From positions 1 to 38,328 of IMG/VR virus record IMGVR_UViG_3300012664_000098: a stretch of DNA of 38,328 bases; one strand, 5' to 3'. Within the stretch, counting starts at the first letter, position 1. Every line of letters begins with the position of its first letter. Made by a program: the position numbers and the translations under genes. Positions 28,155 through 36,030 of this stretch are shown here, in pieces. The DNA is from a virus (taxonomy: Duplodnaviria > Caudoviricetes). The notes under the pieces are model-generated. The model was not told the DNA's origin and searched no databases. It was given only the letters and a program-made list of their open reading frames with translations.

Positions 28155-28217
28155 TTGTATCTCCTGTCGCTATGCGATTCTAGGATTCTTAAAAATAACT
28201 CGGTGTCAAGAGCACAC

Positions 28218-28451
28218 TTATGAGTTACGCTTCTTTTCCTGAGCTAACTTCTCAGCACGAACACGATTCCACCGGTCATAACTCGATGGGTGATCCCCTG
28301 AGAAAGGCTCAAGATAGATGCCACAACCTGTAATTACCTTACTAGCTGTGTCACCACATTCACAACACTCAACAACGGTTACCGTTTCATCCACGAATCG
28401 TTCAGTGTTATGTTTGTTCTCACAACGAAAGTCAAATAAACGTCTACTCAT
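28218..28451 (-). CDS. Small Zn-ribbon (FmdB-like) protein
   Basis: MSRRLFDFRC...H...C.ECG; ATG at 28451. Confidence 0.7.
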   Translation of the reverse strand: MSRRLFDFRCENKHNTERFVDETVTVVECCECGDTASKVITGCGIYLEPFSGDHPSSYDRWNRVRAEKLAQEKKRNS

Positions 28452-28689
28452 TGTCAACCTCTGCTTGAAGCTGGTCGTAGACTTCTCTACTTGCACTTTC
28501 TAGGTTAAGCAACCAATTGATAATTGATAACTCACCCTTCTTAAAATGTAACTGCTCTAAAGTAGTAGCACCTTTGATACTTTCTACTTCAGGCTTCATT
28601 AGCTGGACATCTTCGATGAGTTGTTTCCAGCCGATAGAAGAACACATTGAAAAGCGTTCTTCGTAGTAATCTTGTAGTTCTCTATTCAT
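28444..28689 (-). CDS. Phage head-module hypothetical protein
   Basis: ATG at 28689 after AAGGAAAAAG; GWKQL...L.F.KGEL motif. Confidence 0.75.
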   Translation of the reverse strand: MNRELQDYYEERFSMCSSIGWKQLIEDVQLMKPEVESIKGATTLEQLHFKKGELSIINWLLNLESASREVYDQLQAEVDNE

Positions 28690-28735
28690 TAACTTTTTCC
28701 TTGACTTTGGAGTTAATATGTGATATGGTGTAACT

Positions 28736-28764
28736 ATTATAACATACTTTCTCCAAAAAGTCAA
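28736..28764 (-). promoter_or_regulatory. sigma70 promoter for the scaffold/capsid operon
   Basis: TTGACT-N17-TATAAT with TG extension. Confidence 0.85.
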
Positions 28765-28772
28765 GTACTTTG

Positions 28773-30746
28773 TTACATATTTACAACTTTATTTTTGTTC
28801 TGCATCTGAGCAATACGCTCGTTAGATTCGATATCTTCTACCTTAATCAAACGATCTGCTAATTTCATACGCTTCTCAAACTCATCAGCCATAGGATCTT
28901 GAGTATTCTTAGAAGCTGCAGCCATTAACTTAGCCTGTGCTTCAGCAGGAATGTACTGAGTTTCAACACCGATCTGCTGTGCTTCTGCCATAGACTTAGC
29001 TGCATCTGCTTGGGCTTTCTGTACCAAAGCTTCTTTAGCTGCCATATCCAACATCTGATTCTGCTGAGCCATAGGATCAGGTTGTGACATCTGTTGAAGT
29101 TGAGCAATAATCTCTTCACGGTTTGACAAGCTTGAAGACTTAATGATACCTTGCAACAATACTGGAGTGATTGGGCTGTTACCTAGAGTCTGCATCAAGC
29201 CAACCATCTGTTGTTGTTCGTATTCACGAGCGACCATACCCATAGATGACACAGGTAAGAACAAGAAGTCTTGAACTGGGTAACGCTCAGGATCAAACTG
29301 CATGAATCTCCAAGCAGCTTTCTGAATAAATGGAATCAAGAAGTCTTCTTGGAAGTTAATCAAGGTACGCTTGTTCTTCTTCATCAATCCAGACAAAGCC
29401 ATTGACAAACCTGCACCAGTTGCTTCACCGCCAGCTACCTGTGAAGGCATAGATGCTGAGTCAATAGTACCTGTAGCTTGTAAAAGCATAGACTGGAATG
29501 TCTGAGCTGTCTGCATATTAGCAGGATCAGTGTTGCCAAACTTAAACGGCATCATAATCTCGTTAGGATTACCGTTAACAAGCATATTCTTACCAGCTTT
29601 AACTTCGTACTTAGCTCCACGTGGTAGGCGAGTAGCGTCCATAGCCATCATTGGAGCAGTAGTTAGAGCTAAGCTGTCTAAGTGAGCACGAATCTGTGCA
29701 TCAACAGCCTTCTGCATATTGTAACCCTTCTCAGCAGTACCTCTACCCCAGAATCTACCGGGCATTGAGTCAGCTTGATACGCTACAATAGGACGATCCT
29801 TCATCATGTAAGGGTTACGTTCAGCTTTTAGTAGGTGTTTGTCGTCAGCAATAACAACAATAGCCTCTACTAAGTCAGCATAGTCGTCCATTGCTGAGTC
29901 TTCAGGGAATAAATCAACTACTTCACCACCTTCGTTCTCTAGTTGATCAAGATATTCACTAGGAACTAGACCATAGTAACGAATAACTCGTAGTTTACCG
30001 TCTTGATAGTTAACATCTTCCTGTGTTCTTTCAAGATCTTGAGTAGTGTAGCTAGGAGCAATGTCACATTTACGATAAATACCGTCTTCAATACCCTTAA
30101 CAACTGTATGGAATGACATATATTCTTCAACAGCTACACCTAAAGCGTCTTCTACAGTACGTGCGTTAGGCTCAATGAGGAAGTTACGTGGGTGAATTGG
30201 GTTAAGTTCTACTAAGAACTGTTTCTTTTCTGTTACACCGATAGCTGCTACCTGAGCACCGGGGATAGGTTGAGTAGCAGGAGCTAATACAGTCGTATCT
30301 TTAACAGTAATCTCACCGATACCTGTACCAAACAACTCACCTAGTAGGATAATATTGTCTAAAGACTTCTTAATCTTGCTACGTTTAAAGTCTTCATGCA
30401 TCTGTTGCTTAGTAAGTTCTACATCTGCAGGGTTCTGATCAGCACGATCATCAACTACATCAAAGAACTCACCACGTCCAAACACTGCTTCAGAGATCTC
30501 AGCTTGTTTAGCTTCGATTGCTTGCTGTAATGCGGGTGTTACAATACGTGCTCTCTCTGATTCACGCATCTTATCTTCAGCAGCCCAGATACCTCGGAAT
30601 AATCTTTCGTATTCATCCCAGTTACTTAGGTAGTTTACATCACGATGATCTCTCCATTTATCACAATGTGAGACAACGAAACTAACAATCTCTTTATCAG
30701 ATTCTGTTACTTCGTATTCTTTACCATCTTCGTAATTTTCAGCCAT
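28773..30746 (-). CDS. Portal protein
   Basis: 657 aa directly after TerL; GTGI, P..FWGRG..E, Q-rich C-terminal barrel region. Confidence 0.88.
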   Translation of the reverse strand: MAENYEDGKEYEVTESDKEIVSFVVSHCDKWRDHRDVNYLSNWDEYERLFRGIWAAEDKMRESERARIVTPALQQAIEAKQAEISEAVFGRGEFFDVVDDRADQNPADVELTKQQMHEDFKRSKIKKSLDNIILLGELFGTGIGEITVKDTTVLAPATQPIPGAQVAAIGVTEKKQFLVELNPIHPRNFLIEPNARTVEDALGVAVEEYMSFHTVVKGIEDGIYRKCDIAPSYTTQDLERTQEDVNYQDGKLRVIRYYGLVPSEYLDQLENEGGEVVDLFPEDSAMDDYADLVEAIVVIADDKHLLKAERNPYMMKDRPIVAYQADSMPGRFWGRGTAEKGYNMQKAVDAQIRAHLDSLALTTAPMMAMDATRLPRGAKYEVKAGKNMLVNGNPNEIMMPFKFGNTDPANMQTAQTFQSMLLQATGTIDSASMPSQVAGGEATGAGLSMALSGLMKKNKRTLINFQEDFLIPFIQKAAWRFMQFDPERYPVQDFLFLPVSSMGMVAREYEQQQMVGLMQTLGNSPITPVLLQGIIKSSSLSNREEIIAQLQQMSQPDPMAQQNQMLDMAAKEALVQKAQADAAKSMAEAQQIGVETQYIPAEAQAKLMAAASKNTQDPMADEFEKRMKLADRLIKVEDIESNERIAQMQNKNKVVNM

Positions 30747-30757
30747 GTCTTCCTCGT

Positions 30758-32011
30758 TTAATAACCGGATATCCAGTCGAGTGGTTCTAAATCATCTTCA
30801 TTGTCATCCATGAAGTAGCTTGTGATAGCTAACTGGTCAATGTAACTTAAAGCATCCAGTAAGTCATCATGTACACCTGCTGTTGGGAACATAACAAATT
30901 CATCTCTGAAGTCATCCCAATCTTCTTCTTCATTTAGTACAACCTTACCGTGTTCAAAGCGACCTTGTAAAGCCCAGATAACACGTTCAGTTTTCTTCTT
31001 ATTACCGTGCGTAAGATCTTCAATATGAGCATACACATTGTTAGACCTCATCAGATCGCTTAAATAAGGCAACACTGCATTCTTTAACGATCCTCGTTCT
31101 ATACCTACACCTGCAGGTTGGAACGCTTTAATGTTCTTTAAAATGCGTTGGCAAGTCTCTTTGATATCCCAACGACCATGTTCAATCTTTTTAACAAACC
31201 ATTTACCATCATCAGTAGCTTTAACAACAGCGATAGCAGTTTGGTCAAGTCTCTTCTTAGCTTGAGCATTCATCGACAAGTTCTCAAAACCAGCTAAGTC
31301 AATAGCGATGTAGTAGTTACCATCGTTAGGTTCTTCACCGAACTTCAACCATTCTTCTTTAAAGGTATCAGTACCGGCATTGTCAAAGCTTGCTTCATAT
31401 TCTTGCTTGAATGCAAATGAACTTAGAGTCTTCTTTGCACCGTCAATCTCTTTAGGATCGATGAGTGGGTTGTCTTTAGTTGTAAAGTGCCAACTCTTCC
31501 ATTCTTCATCTTCACCTGATTCACCTAGGTTGTACATATCGTAGAACCAGTTACGACCTTTAGGTGTACCAATAAATAATGCTTTACCCTTCTTATCTGA
31601 CAGAGCAGCACGTAGGACTTTCTCCCAAGTATCTGCTTTGATGTCAGCTACTTCGTCCAATACTAGGTACGTTAAACTTACACCACGTAGCGTATCAGGA
31701 CGGTCAGAACCACGAACATAGATCTTAGCTCCGTTGATCAGAGTAATATCCATATTGTTAACGTGGCTAGATGAGATCACCTCTCTTCCTAGTTCCATCA
31801 AGAGATCCCAGATAATCTGACGGGCTTGCCCTTGAGTGGGTGCTACGTACATAACAGCACTACCTTGTGGACAGCGAAGACCTTCAACTAACAAAGATAC
31901 TGCAGAGAGTCTAGACTTACCACAACGTCGTCCGGCTACAATTACTTTAAATCTAGTATCATCAACATAGACTTGTTTCTGCCAAGGCAGTAGTTCGAAA
32001 TCAAGCTTCAT
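30758..32011 (-). CDS. terL: Terminase large subunit
   Basis: Walker A AGRRCGKS, Walker B LVLDE, IGTPKG, nuclease IDLAG...HDDLLDAL. Confidence 0.96.
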   Translation of the reverse strand: MKLDFELLPWQKQVYVDDTRFKVIVAGRRCGKSRLSAVSLLVEGLRCPQGSAVMYVAPTQGQARQIIWDLLMELGREVISSSHVNNMDITLINGAKIYVRGSDRPDTLRGVSLTYLVLDEVADIKADTWEKVLRAALSDKKGKALFIGTPKGRNWFYDMYNLGESGEDEEWKSWHFTTKDNPLIDPKEIDGAKKTLSSFAFKQEYEASFDNAGTDTFKEEWLKFGEEPNDGNYYIAIDLAGFENLSMNAQAKKRLDQTAIAVVKATDDGKWFVKKIEHGRWDIKETCQRILKNIKAFQPAGVGIERGSLKNAVLPYLSDLMRSNNVYAHIEDLTHGNKKKTERVIWALQGRFEHGKVVLNEEEDWDDFRDEFVMFPTAGVHDDLLDALSYIDQLAITSYFMDDNEDDLEPLDWISGY

Positions 32012-32450
32012 CGTAGTCTACGTCGGTATAGTCATTGTCAATGATGTCAGCTTGTTCTACCTTAGCTTCACCAATGCCAGTGATGTTAATCGTTACTGCA
32101 TTACGTTGACCTTTAGCATCCTTCTCAAACAATGAAGTAGGTAAGACACGATCTAAACACATCTTCAATGCTGCACCTTGTACAGGATGTCCATCAGTCA
32201 TAGCAATTTCTACAATCTTATTAATTACCTTGTTACCTGTCGTGGCTAAGAGTCTAGCTTTGAGTTCTTGAACTCTAGCGGCATCACCTTTAGGTCTACC
32301 GACAGCTCCTCTATTGCCTAGCTTCTTTGATTCGACAAGTGACTTAGGTGGTCTGCCTCTGCGTTTCTGTGGAGGAGTAGTCTCTTTAGACTCCACAGTG
32401 GGTTTAGACAAATCATTAATATCAACTGTTACAACATTCTCTTTATTCAA
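32001..32450 (-). CDS. terS: Terminase small subunit (AT-hook-like RGRP/GRPKG motifs)
   Basis: Position before TerL; KRRGRPPK, GRPKG, AALKMCLDRVLP; TTG start after AAGGA. Confidence 0.75.
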   Translation of the reverse strand: MNKENVVTVDINDLSKPTVESKETTPPQKRRGRPPKSLVESKKLGNRGAVGRPKGDAARVQELKARLLATTGNKVINKIVEIAMTDGHPVQGAALKMCLDRVLPTSLFEKDAKGQRNAVTINITGIGEAKVEQADIIDNDYTDVDYDEA

Positions 32451-32460
32451 TCTTTTTCCT

Positions 32461-32590
32461 TTAAGGAGATCTACTTTAATGTTACTTTAAAGTAACTATG
32501 TAAGTTTACTTAGATGTTTGCTTTAAAGTTTAACTTATATAGTTATTATATTTATATAGTTTATTACTTAGTAAGTTACTTCTATGTCCT
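32461..32590. repeat. AT-rich iteron/palindrome tract (origin-like)
   Basis: GTTACTTTAAAGTAAC palindrome; ACTATRTAAG units at 32495 (+), 32534 (-) and a variant at 32551 (-). Confidence 0.55.
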
Positions 32591-32598
32591 ATAGTAGT

Positions 32599-32627
32599 AT
32601 TATATCATACTTTTATTGATTTGTCAA
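32599..32627 (-). promoter_or_regulatory. Consensus sigma70 promoter heading the late arm
   Basis: TTGACA-N17-TATAAT with TG extension. Confidence 0.88.
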
Positions 32628-32818
32628 GTACTTTATGAACTTTATTTTCATAGTGTTTCTTATTGTATACACTTAGTACAAATTGTATAGTATATGATAC
32701 ACTTTATAGAGGGGTTCATAAGAGACGTTAGTGACTACTAACATAGTAGATGTACTCTAATGTAGCCTACGGAGCACATCTTAGCCTTACGGAGTTAATC
32801 CTCAGCAAGGCTCTTTAT

Positions 32819-32901
32819 AGCCTCTTAGAGCAATTATCAATATAAAGTAATACCTAAGCTAGGGTAGACTCATAAAACTCAATAGAGAGCGTTTAAAGAG
32901 C
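32819..32901 (+). repeat. 83-bp tripartite element, copy 1
   Basis: AGCCTCTyAGAG / GTArTACCTAA / AATAsAGAGCGTTTwAAGrGC blocks shared with 36489-36571. Confidence 0.7.
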
Positions 32902-33134
32902 TTTTAGAGGTATTGGCTTGTTTTACTTTTTGCGTGCTTAGTTTTTCTTTTTGTGAACTTATGAGGTATCATCATAATAGAAACTCACACGCACCCCTCT
33001 CCCCCGTCACTTTGTAAGCCTTGAACCTTGTCGAGTCACTTTAGCAGGTACTTTGTGAGGAATGAGGGCTTAAGTAGCACCCTATAAGAGATCCTAATCA
33101 AGTCTCAATATAGACCCTCATAACCTAGCACTTA

Positions 33135-33151
33135 AGCAAGAATCATGCCAG
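33135..33151 (-). promoter_or_regulatory. sigma54 (RpoN) -24/-12 box
   Basis: - strand CTGGCATGATTCTTGCT versus consensus YTGGCACG-N4-TTGCW (one mismatch). Confidence 0.65.
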
Positions 33152-33310
33152 TATAGCCTAATAGTTTATATCAATTACTTATAAGATCTTAATAGTTTAT
33201 AACTATCACTAACATATTGATCTATATAAGTTTATAACTGTTGTATTTATACCACACATTGTACCAATATTTCACATTGTGATAAACTTAAAAATAATTC
33301 AAAATAGTTG

Positions 33311-33338
33311 TTGACATGCTCAAAAGTATCGCTACAAT
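33311..33338 (+). promoter_or_regulatory. sigma70 early promoter heading the + arm
   Basis: TTGACA-N16-TACAAT with an A-tract UP-like region upstream. Confidence 0.75.
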
Positions 33339-33383
33339 TCAATACATGCAATACAGTTTTAAACACTTTATAAGGATATAATT

Positions 33384-33503
33384 ATGACTAAGCAAGAATT
33401 AAAACAATATGAGAATGTATCTATTTATGATATCATTGGTGCAAGTATTCTAGGTGCTATCGGTGGCACTATACTTGCTTTAGTTTACATTGGAGGGTTT
33501 TAA
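33384..33503 (+). CDS. First early gene; 39-aa single-TM peptide
   Basis: Read manually (MTKQELKQYENVSIYDIIGASILGAIGGTILALVYIGGF); TAAGGA RBS. Confidence 0.7.
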   Translation: MTKQELKQYENVSIYDIIGASILGAIGGTILALVYIGGF

Positions 33504-33504
33504 C

Positions 33505-33630
33505 ATGAGATTAGAATTTTATAACGGTTACGAATGGATACTTGATCGTCTTATCACCTGGGAGACTTATCAGCGAATCGTTAAACTATCAGGCAAAGGC
33601 GAAGGTAAAACATGGAGGGTTATATTATGA
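33505..33630 (+). CDS. Small hypothetical protein, 41 aa
   Basis: Read manually (MRLEFYNGYEWILDRLITWE...); GGAGG RBS; ATGA overlap with the next gene. Confidence 0.65.
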   Translation: MRLEFYNGYEWILDRLITWETYQRIVKLSGKGEGKTWRVIL

Positions 33631-34280
33631 TCAGATTGTCTAAAACTAGCAAGCTTGACGGGATCTTATCTTGGAGCTTACAAGCCCTTGATACTTGCCA
33701 AGGTTCAATTGATCCAGTAACTAAACAACTAGTACCGGCTTGCCAAGGTTGCTACGCTACAACTGGAAATTATAACTATCCTAACGTCAAAGCTCCACGT
33801 ATTGAGAATAAAGAAGACTGGAAGCGTGACGGCTGGATAAATGACATGGTAGAGGTATTGGATAATTCTAGATACTTTAGATGGTTCGATAGTGGCGATA
33901 TGTATGATCTTAAACTAGCATGGAAAATCTATACTGTAATGCTACGTACTCCACACGTTAAACACTGGTTACCAACTAGAATGTATAAATTCAGTAAGTA
34001 TGAAAGCGTACTAAATCACATGCAACAACTTGACAATGTAGTAGTAAGATATTCTAGTGATGAGGTTAACGGTTCAACTGTAGAAGGTAAAACCACGTCA
34101 ACTATCTTTAGCACTGATGATCAATTATCTAGTGACATGGTAGAATGTGAAGCTTATAAGCATGATGGTAAATGCAACGGGTGTAGAGCGTGTTACAGTA
34201 AAGACGTTTCGATTGTGGCATATAAGGCACATGGTAAAAAAATGGCTAAAGTTATTAAAATTATGAGTGTTAAGGGGTAA
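33627..34280 (+). CDS. GP88-family Cys-rich (Fe-S/radical-SAM-like) protein
   Basis: SKTSKL...WSL.A..TC.GS...C.GCYA, FRWFDSGD, HWLPTR, C-terminal C...C.GCRAC. Confidence 0.75.
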   Translation: MIRLSKTSKLDGILSWSLQALDTCQGSIDPVTKQLVPACQGCYATTGNYNYPNVKAPRIENKEDWKRDGWINDMVEVLDNSRYFRWFDSGDMYDLKLAWKIYTVMLRTPHVKHWLPTRMYKFSKYESVLNHMQQLDNVVVRYSSDEVNGSTVEGKTTSTIFSTDDQLSSDMVECEAYKHDGKCNGCRACYSKDVSIVAYKAHGKKMAKVIKIMSVKG

Positions 34281-34281
34281 T

Positions 34282-34452
34282 ATGGATAAACTAAGTGCAC
34301 GTGATAGAGTAGTGATCTTACTAGGGTTATTTGCTAGGGAGCGAGATCTAGGTATAAGTATCAGTGACGCTAAGCGATACGGTTTAAGTCACTTAGATAA
34401 ACTAGAAGAGGAATTAGCAGAGGTTTTAAACTTACAAAAGAGGGTAATATAA
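34282..34452 (+). CDS. Hypothetical early protein
   Basis: ATG at 34282 after AAGGGG. Confidence 0.65.
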   Translation: MDKLSARDRVVILLGLFARERDLGISISDAKRYGLSHLDKLEEELAEVLNLQKRVI

Positions 34453-34646
34453 TGATTACAGTATCAGAAAAAAATAGAGGTTCAGGCGGTGTATTCTTAG
34501 TATCTGGCATGGATCACGATAGCGTACGTGCTAAGGCTAAAGAGATTAGATCTGAAATAGACTTTATGAGATCTCCCAGTATTAGTGAATCAATACTAAA
34601 TACCGGTGAGCTGTTATGTGAGATTAAATATTATGGCTTAGACTGA
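34452..34646 (+). CDS. Hypothetical early protein
   Basis: 64-aa ORF; GAGGG RBS. Confidence 0.7.
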   Translation: MITVSEKNRGSGGVFLVSGMDHDSVRAKAKEIRSEIDFMRSPSISESILNTGELLCEIKYYGLD

Positions 34647-34658
34647 AGAGGATACTAT

Positions 34659-35048
34659 ATGCAATTCATAAAAGCTAATCCACGCTCTATAGATACTGAA
34701 ACTAATGACTGTAGCGTACGTGCTACTAGTCTCGCACTCAATAAGCCCTATAATGAGGTTCACAAGGCATTTTCTAAGCATGGGCGTAGGGTAGGTAAGG
34801 GTGTTACAATGATAACGCTTCTAGCAGTCTTAAAAGAGCTTACAAATGATAATGTAAAAATAGCTAGTAGTTACATCGTACGTAGGGAATCAGTTGCTAG
34901 ATTTATTAAGACTAACCCAAAAGGACGGTACGTAATATGCAAGAGAGGTCATGCCTTCGCTGTTATCGACGGTGTCGCACACGATGCACACGAAAGCGGT
35001 TGCGGATCAAGATCAATTGTAAAATTTGCTTATAAGGTGGGCGATTAA
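34659..35048 (+). CDS. Putative papain-like (Cys-His) peptidase-fold protein
   Basis: NDCSVRA...GHAFAVIDG..HD pattern. Confidence 0.55.
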   Translation: MQFIKANPRSIDTETNDCSVRATSLALNKPYNEVHKAFSKHGRRVGKGVTMITLLAVLKELTNDNVKIASSYIVRRESVARFIKTNPKGRYVICKRGHAFAVIDGVAHDAHESGCGSRSIVKFAYKVGD

Positions 35049-35049
35049 T

Positions 35050-35196
35050 ATGTATGACTTTGGAGAGTATTACAGAAAACAATTCTTAGCGGATGAGCAA
35101 CGAAATAAGAAGCCATTTAAAATATTCTTGTCTATTGCTAGTTTATATTTTATAATGCATATTGCATATTACTTATGGAGGAATTATGTCTTATAA
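35050..35196 (+). CDS. Small single-TM protein, 48 aa
   Basis: Read manually (MYDFGEYYRKQF...IFLSIASLYFIMHIAYYLW). Confidence 0.6.
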   Translation: MYDFGEYYRKQFLADEQRNKKPFKIFLSIASLYFIMHIAYYLWRNYVL

Positions 35197-35317
35197 ATCT
35201 AATGAACTTGAAGACGCATACGATAAACTAGAAGACCAATACTGGAATCTTATCGAATGGCTTAAACAACACGCACCTTTAACATTACAAGCATACAAGC
35301 AGAGGGATAAATCATGA
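35186..35317 (+). CDS. Small hypothetical protein, 43 aa
   Basis: Read manually (MSYKSNELEDAYDKLEDQYW...); GGAGG RBS. Confidence 0.65.
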   Translation: MSYKSNELEDAYDKLEDQYWNLIEWLKQHAPLTLQAYKQRDKS

Positions 35318-35553
35318 GAGCTGATGTCTTAGAAGCATTAAAGCAATACAAGCATGAGATTGTCGAGTATTACGAAGACGAAGCATATATCAATGACTGG
35401 TGGCATTACCTTGATGATATCGCTATCAACGCACACGATTACGAAGAGAGCGGTAAGATCCACGTTAACCTATATGACTGGTTCGAAGATTGCGGTACAG
35501 TTGACATGATCGATACGTATGTATTTACTTTAGAGGAGTTTGCAGATTTATGA
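35314..35553 (+). CDS. Acidic hypothetical early protein
   Basis: 79 aa, D/E- and aromatic-rich. Confidence 0.7.
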   Translation: MRADVLEALKQYKHEIVEYYEDEAYINDWWHYLDDIAINAHDYEESGKIHVNLYDWFEDCGTVDMIDTYVFTLEEFADL

Positions 35554-35741
35554 ACATTTACCGTATTTTAGACGAAAATAACGAACTATTTCGCATTGTG
35601 AAATGTGAATACGAAAGAGATAAACTGTTAAGCTTGGATTCTCGCTTCAGATGTGATACAATAGTTATGCATAAAGTTTTCAACAAGAAGGATGATGCCT
35701 TTACATGGGCTTACAATAAAGTAGGGGAGTGTTTAATATGA
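35550..35741 (+). CDS. Hypothetical early protein
   Basis: 63-aa ORF; ATGA coupling. Confidence 0.65.
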   Translation: MNIYRILDENNELFRIVKCEYERDKLLSLDSRFRCDTIVMHKVFNKKDDAFTWAYNKVGECLI

Positions 35742-35932
35742 GATGTATCTGTTGCGATAAAGCATTGAATGATTTCGAATCAACAAGAAAGTCAATTCAT
35801 ACTAACGAGTATATCGATATGTGCCAACGCTGTTACAGCACAATCGTTCGAGATGTACCTACGTTAGAACGTGAAGACTTACTAACTAACGAAGAGAAAG
35901 AAGACAGCGAAGATAGTTATAAAGAACTATAG
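35738..35932 (+). CDS. Small Zn-finger protein
   Basis: MRCICCD...DMCQRC; GGGGAG RBS. Confidence 0.7.
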   Translation: MRCICCDKALNDFESTRKSIHTNEYIDMCQRCYSTIVRDVPTLEREDLLTNEEKEDSEDSYKEL

Positions 35933-35958
35933 ACAACGCTATAAATTTATGTTAAACT
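35930..35958 (+). promoter_or_regulatory. sigma70 promoter upstream of the iteron tract and primase operon
   Basis: TAGACA-N17-TAAACT with TG extension. Confidence 0.65.
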
Positions 35959-35959
35959 A

Positions 35960-36025
35960 TCTACTATATAGTATACTATGTAAGTTAAAAACATACTATA
36001 TAAGTAAAAACTAACTATATAAGGA
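35960..36025. repeat. AT-rich iteron tract (origin-like)
   Basis: ACTATRTAAG at 35975, 35995 and 36014; ACTATATAGT palindrome at 35963. Confidence 0.6.
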
Positions 36026-36030
36026 CTTAT

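Noticed and set aside
28155-28217. Promoter in the scaffold leader (TTGACA on the - strand)
   Set aside because: No -10 hexamer at 16-18 bp; a weak hairpin is possible but unsupported
805-29119. Alternate-frame and antisense ORFs in the track (for example 805..990, 1141..1494, 1149..1511, 6812..7162, 23731..24807, 25391..25954, 26330..26548)
   Set aside because: They are shadows of well-supported genes, with no convincing RBS or motifs
32451-33383. tRNA, T7-type phage RNAP promoters or attP in the non-coding gap
   Set aside because: No cloverleaf, no repeated ~23-bp promoter, and no RNAP or integrase gene
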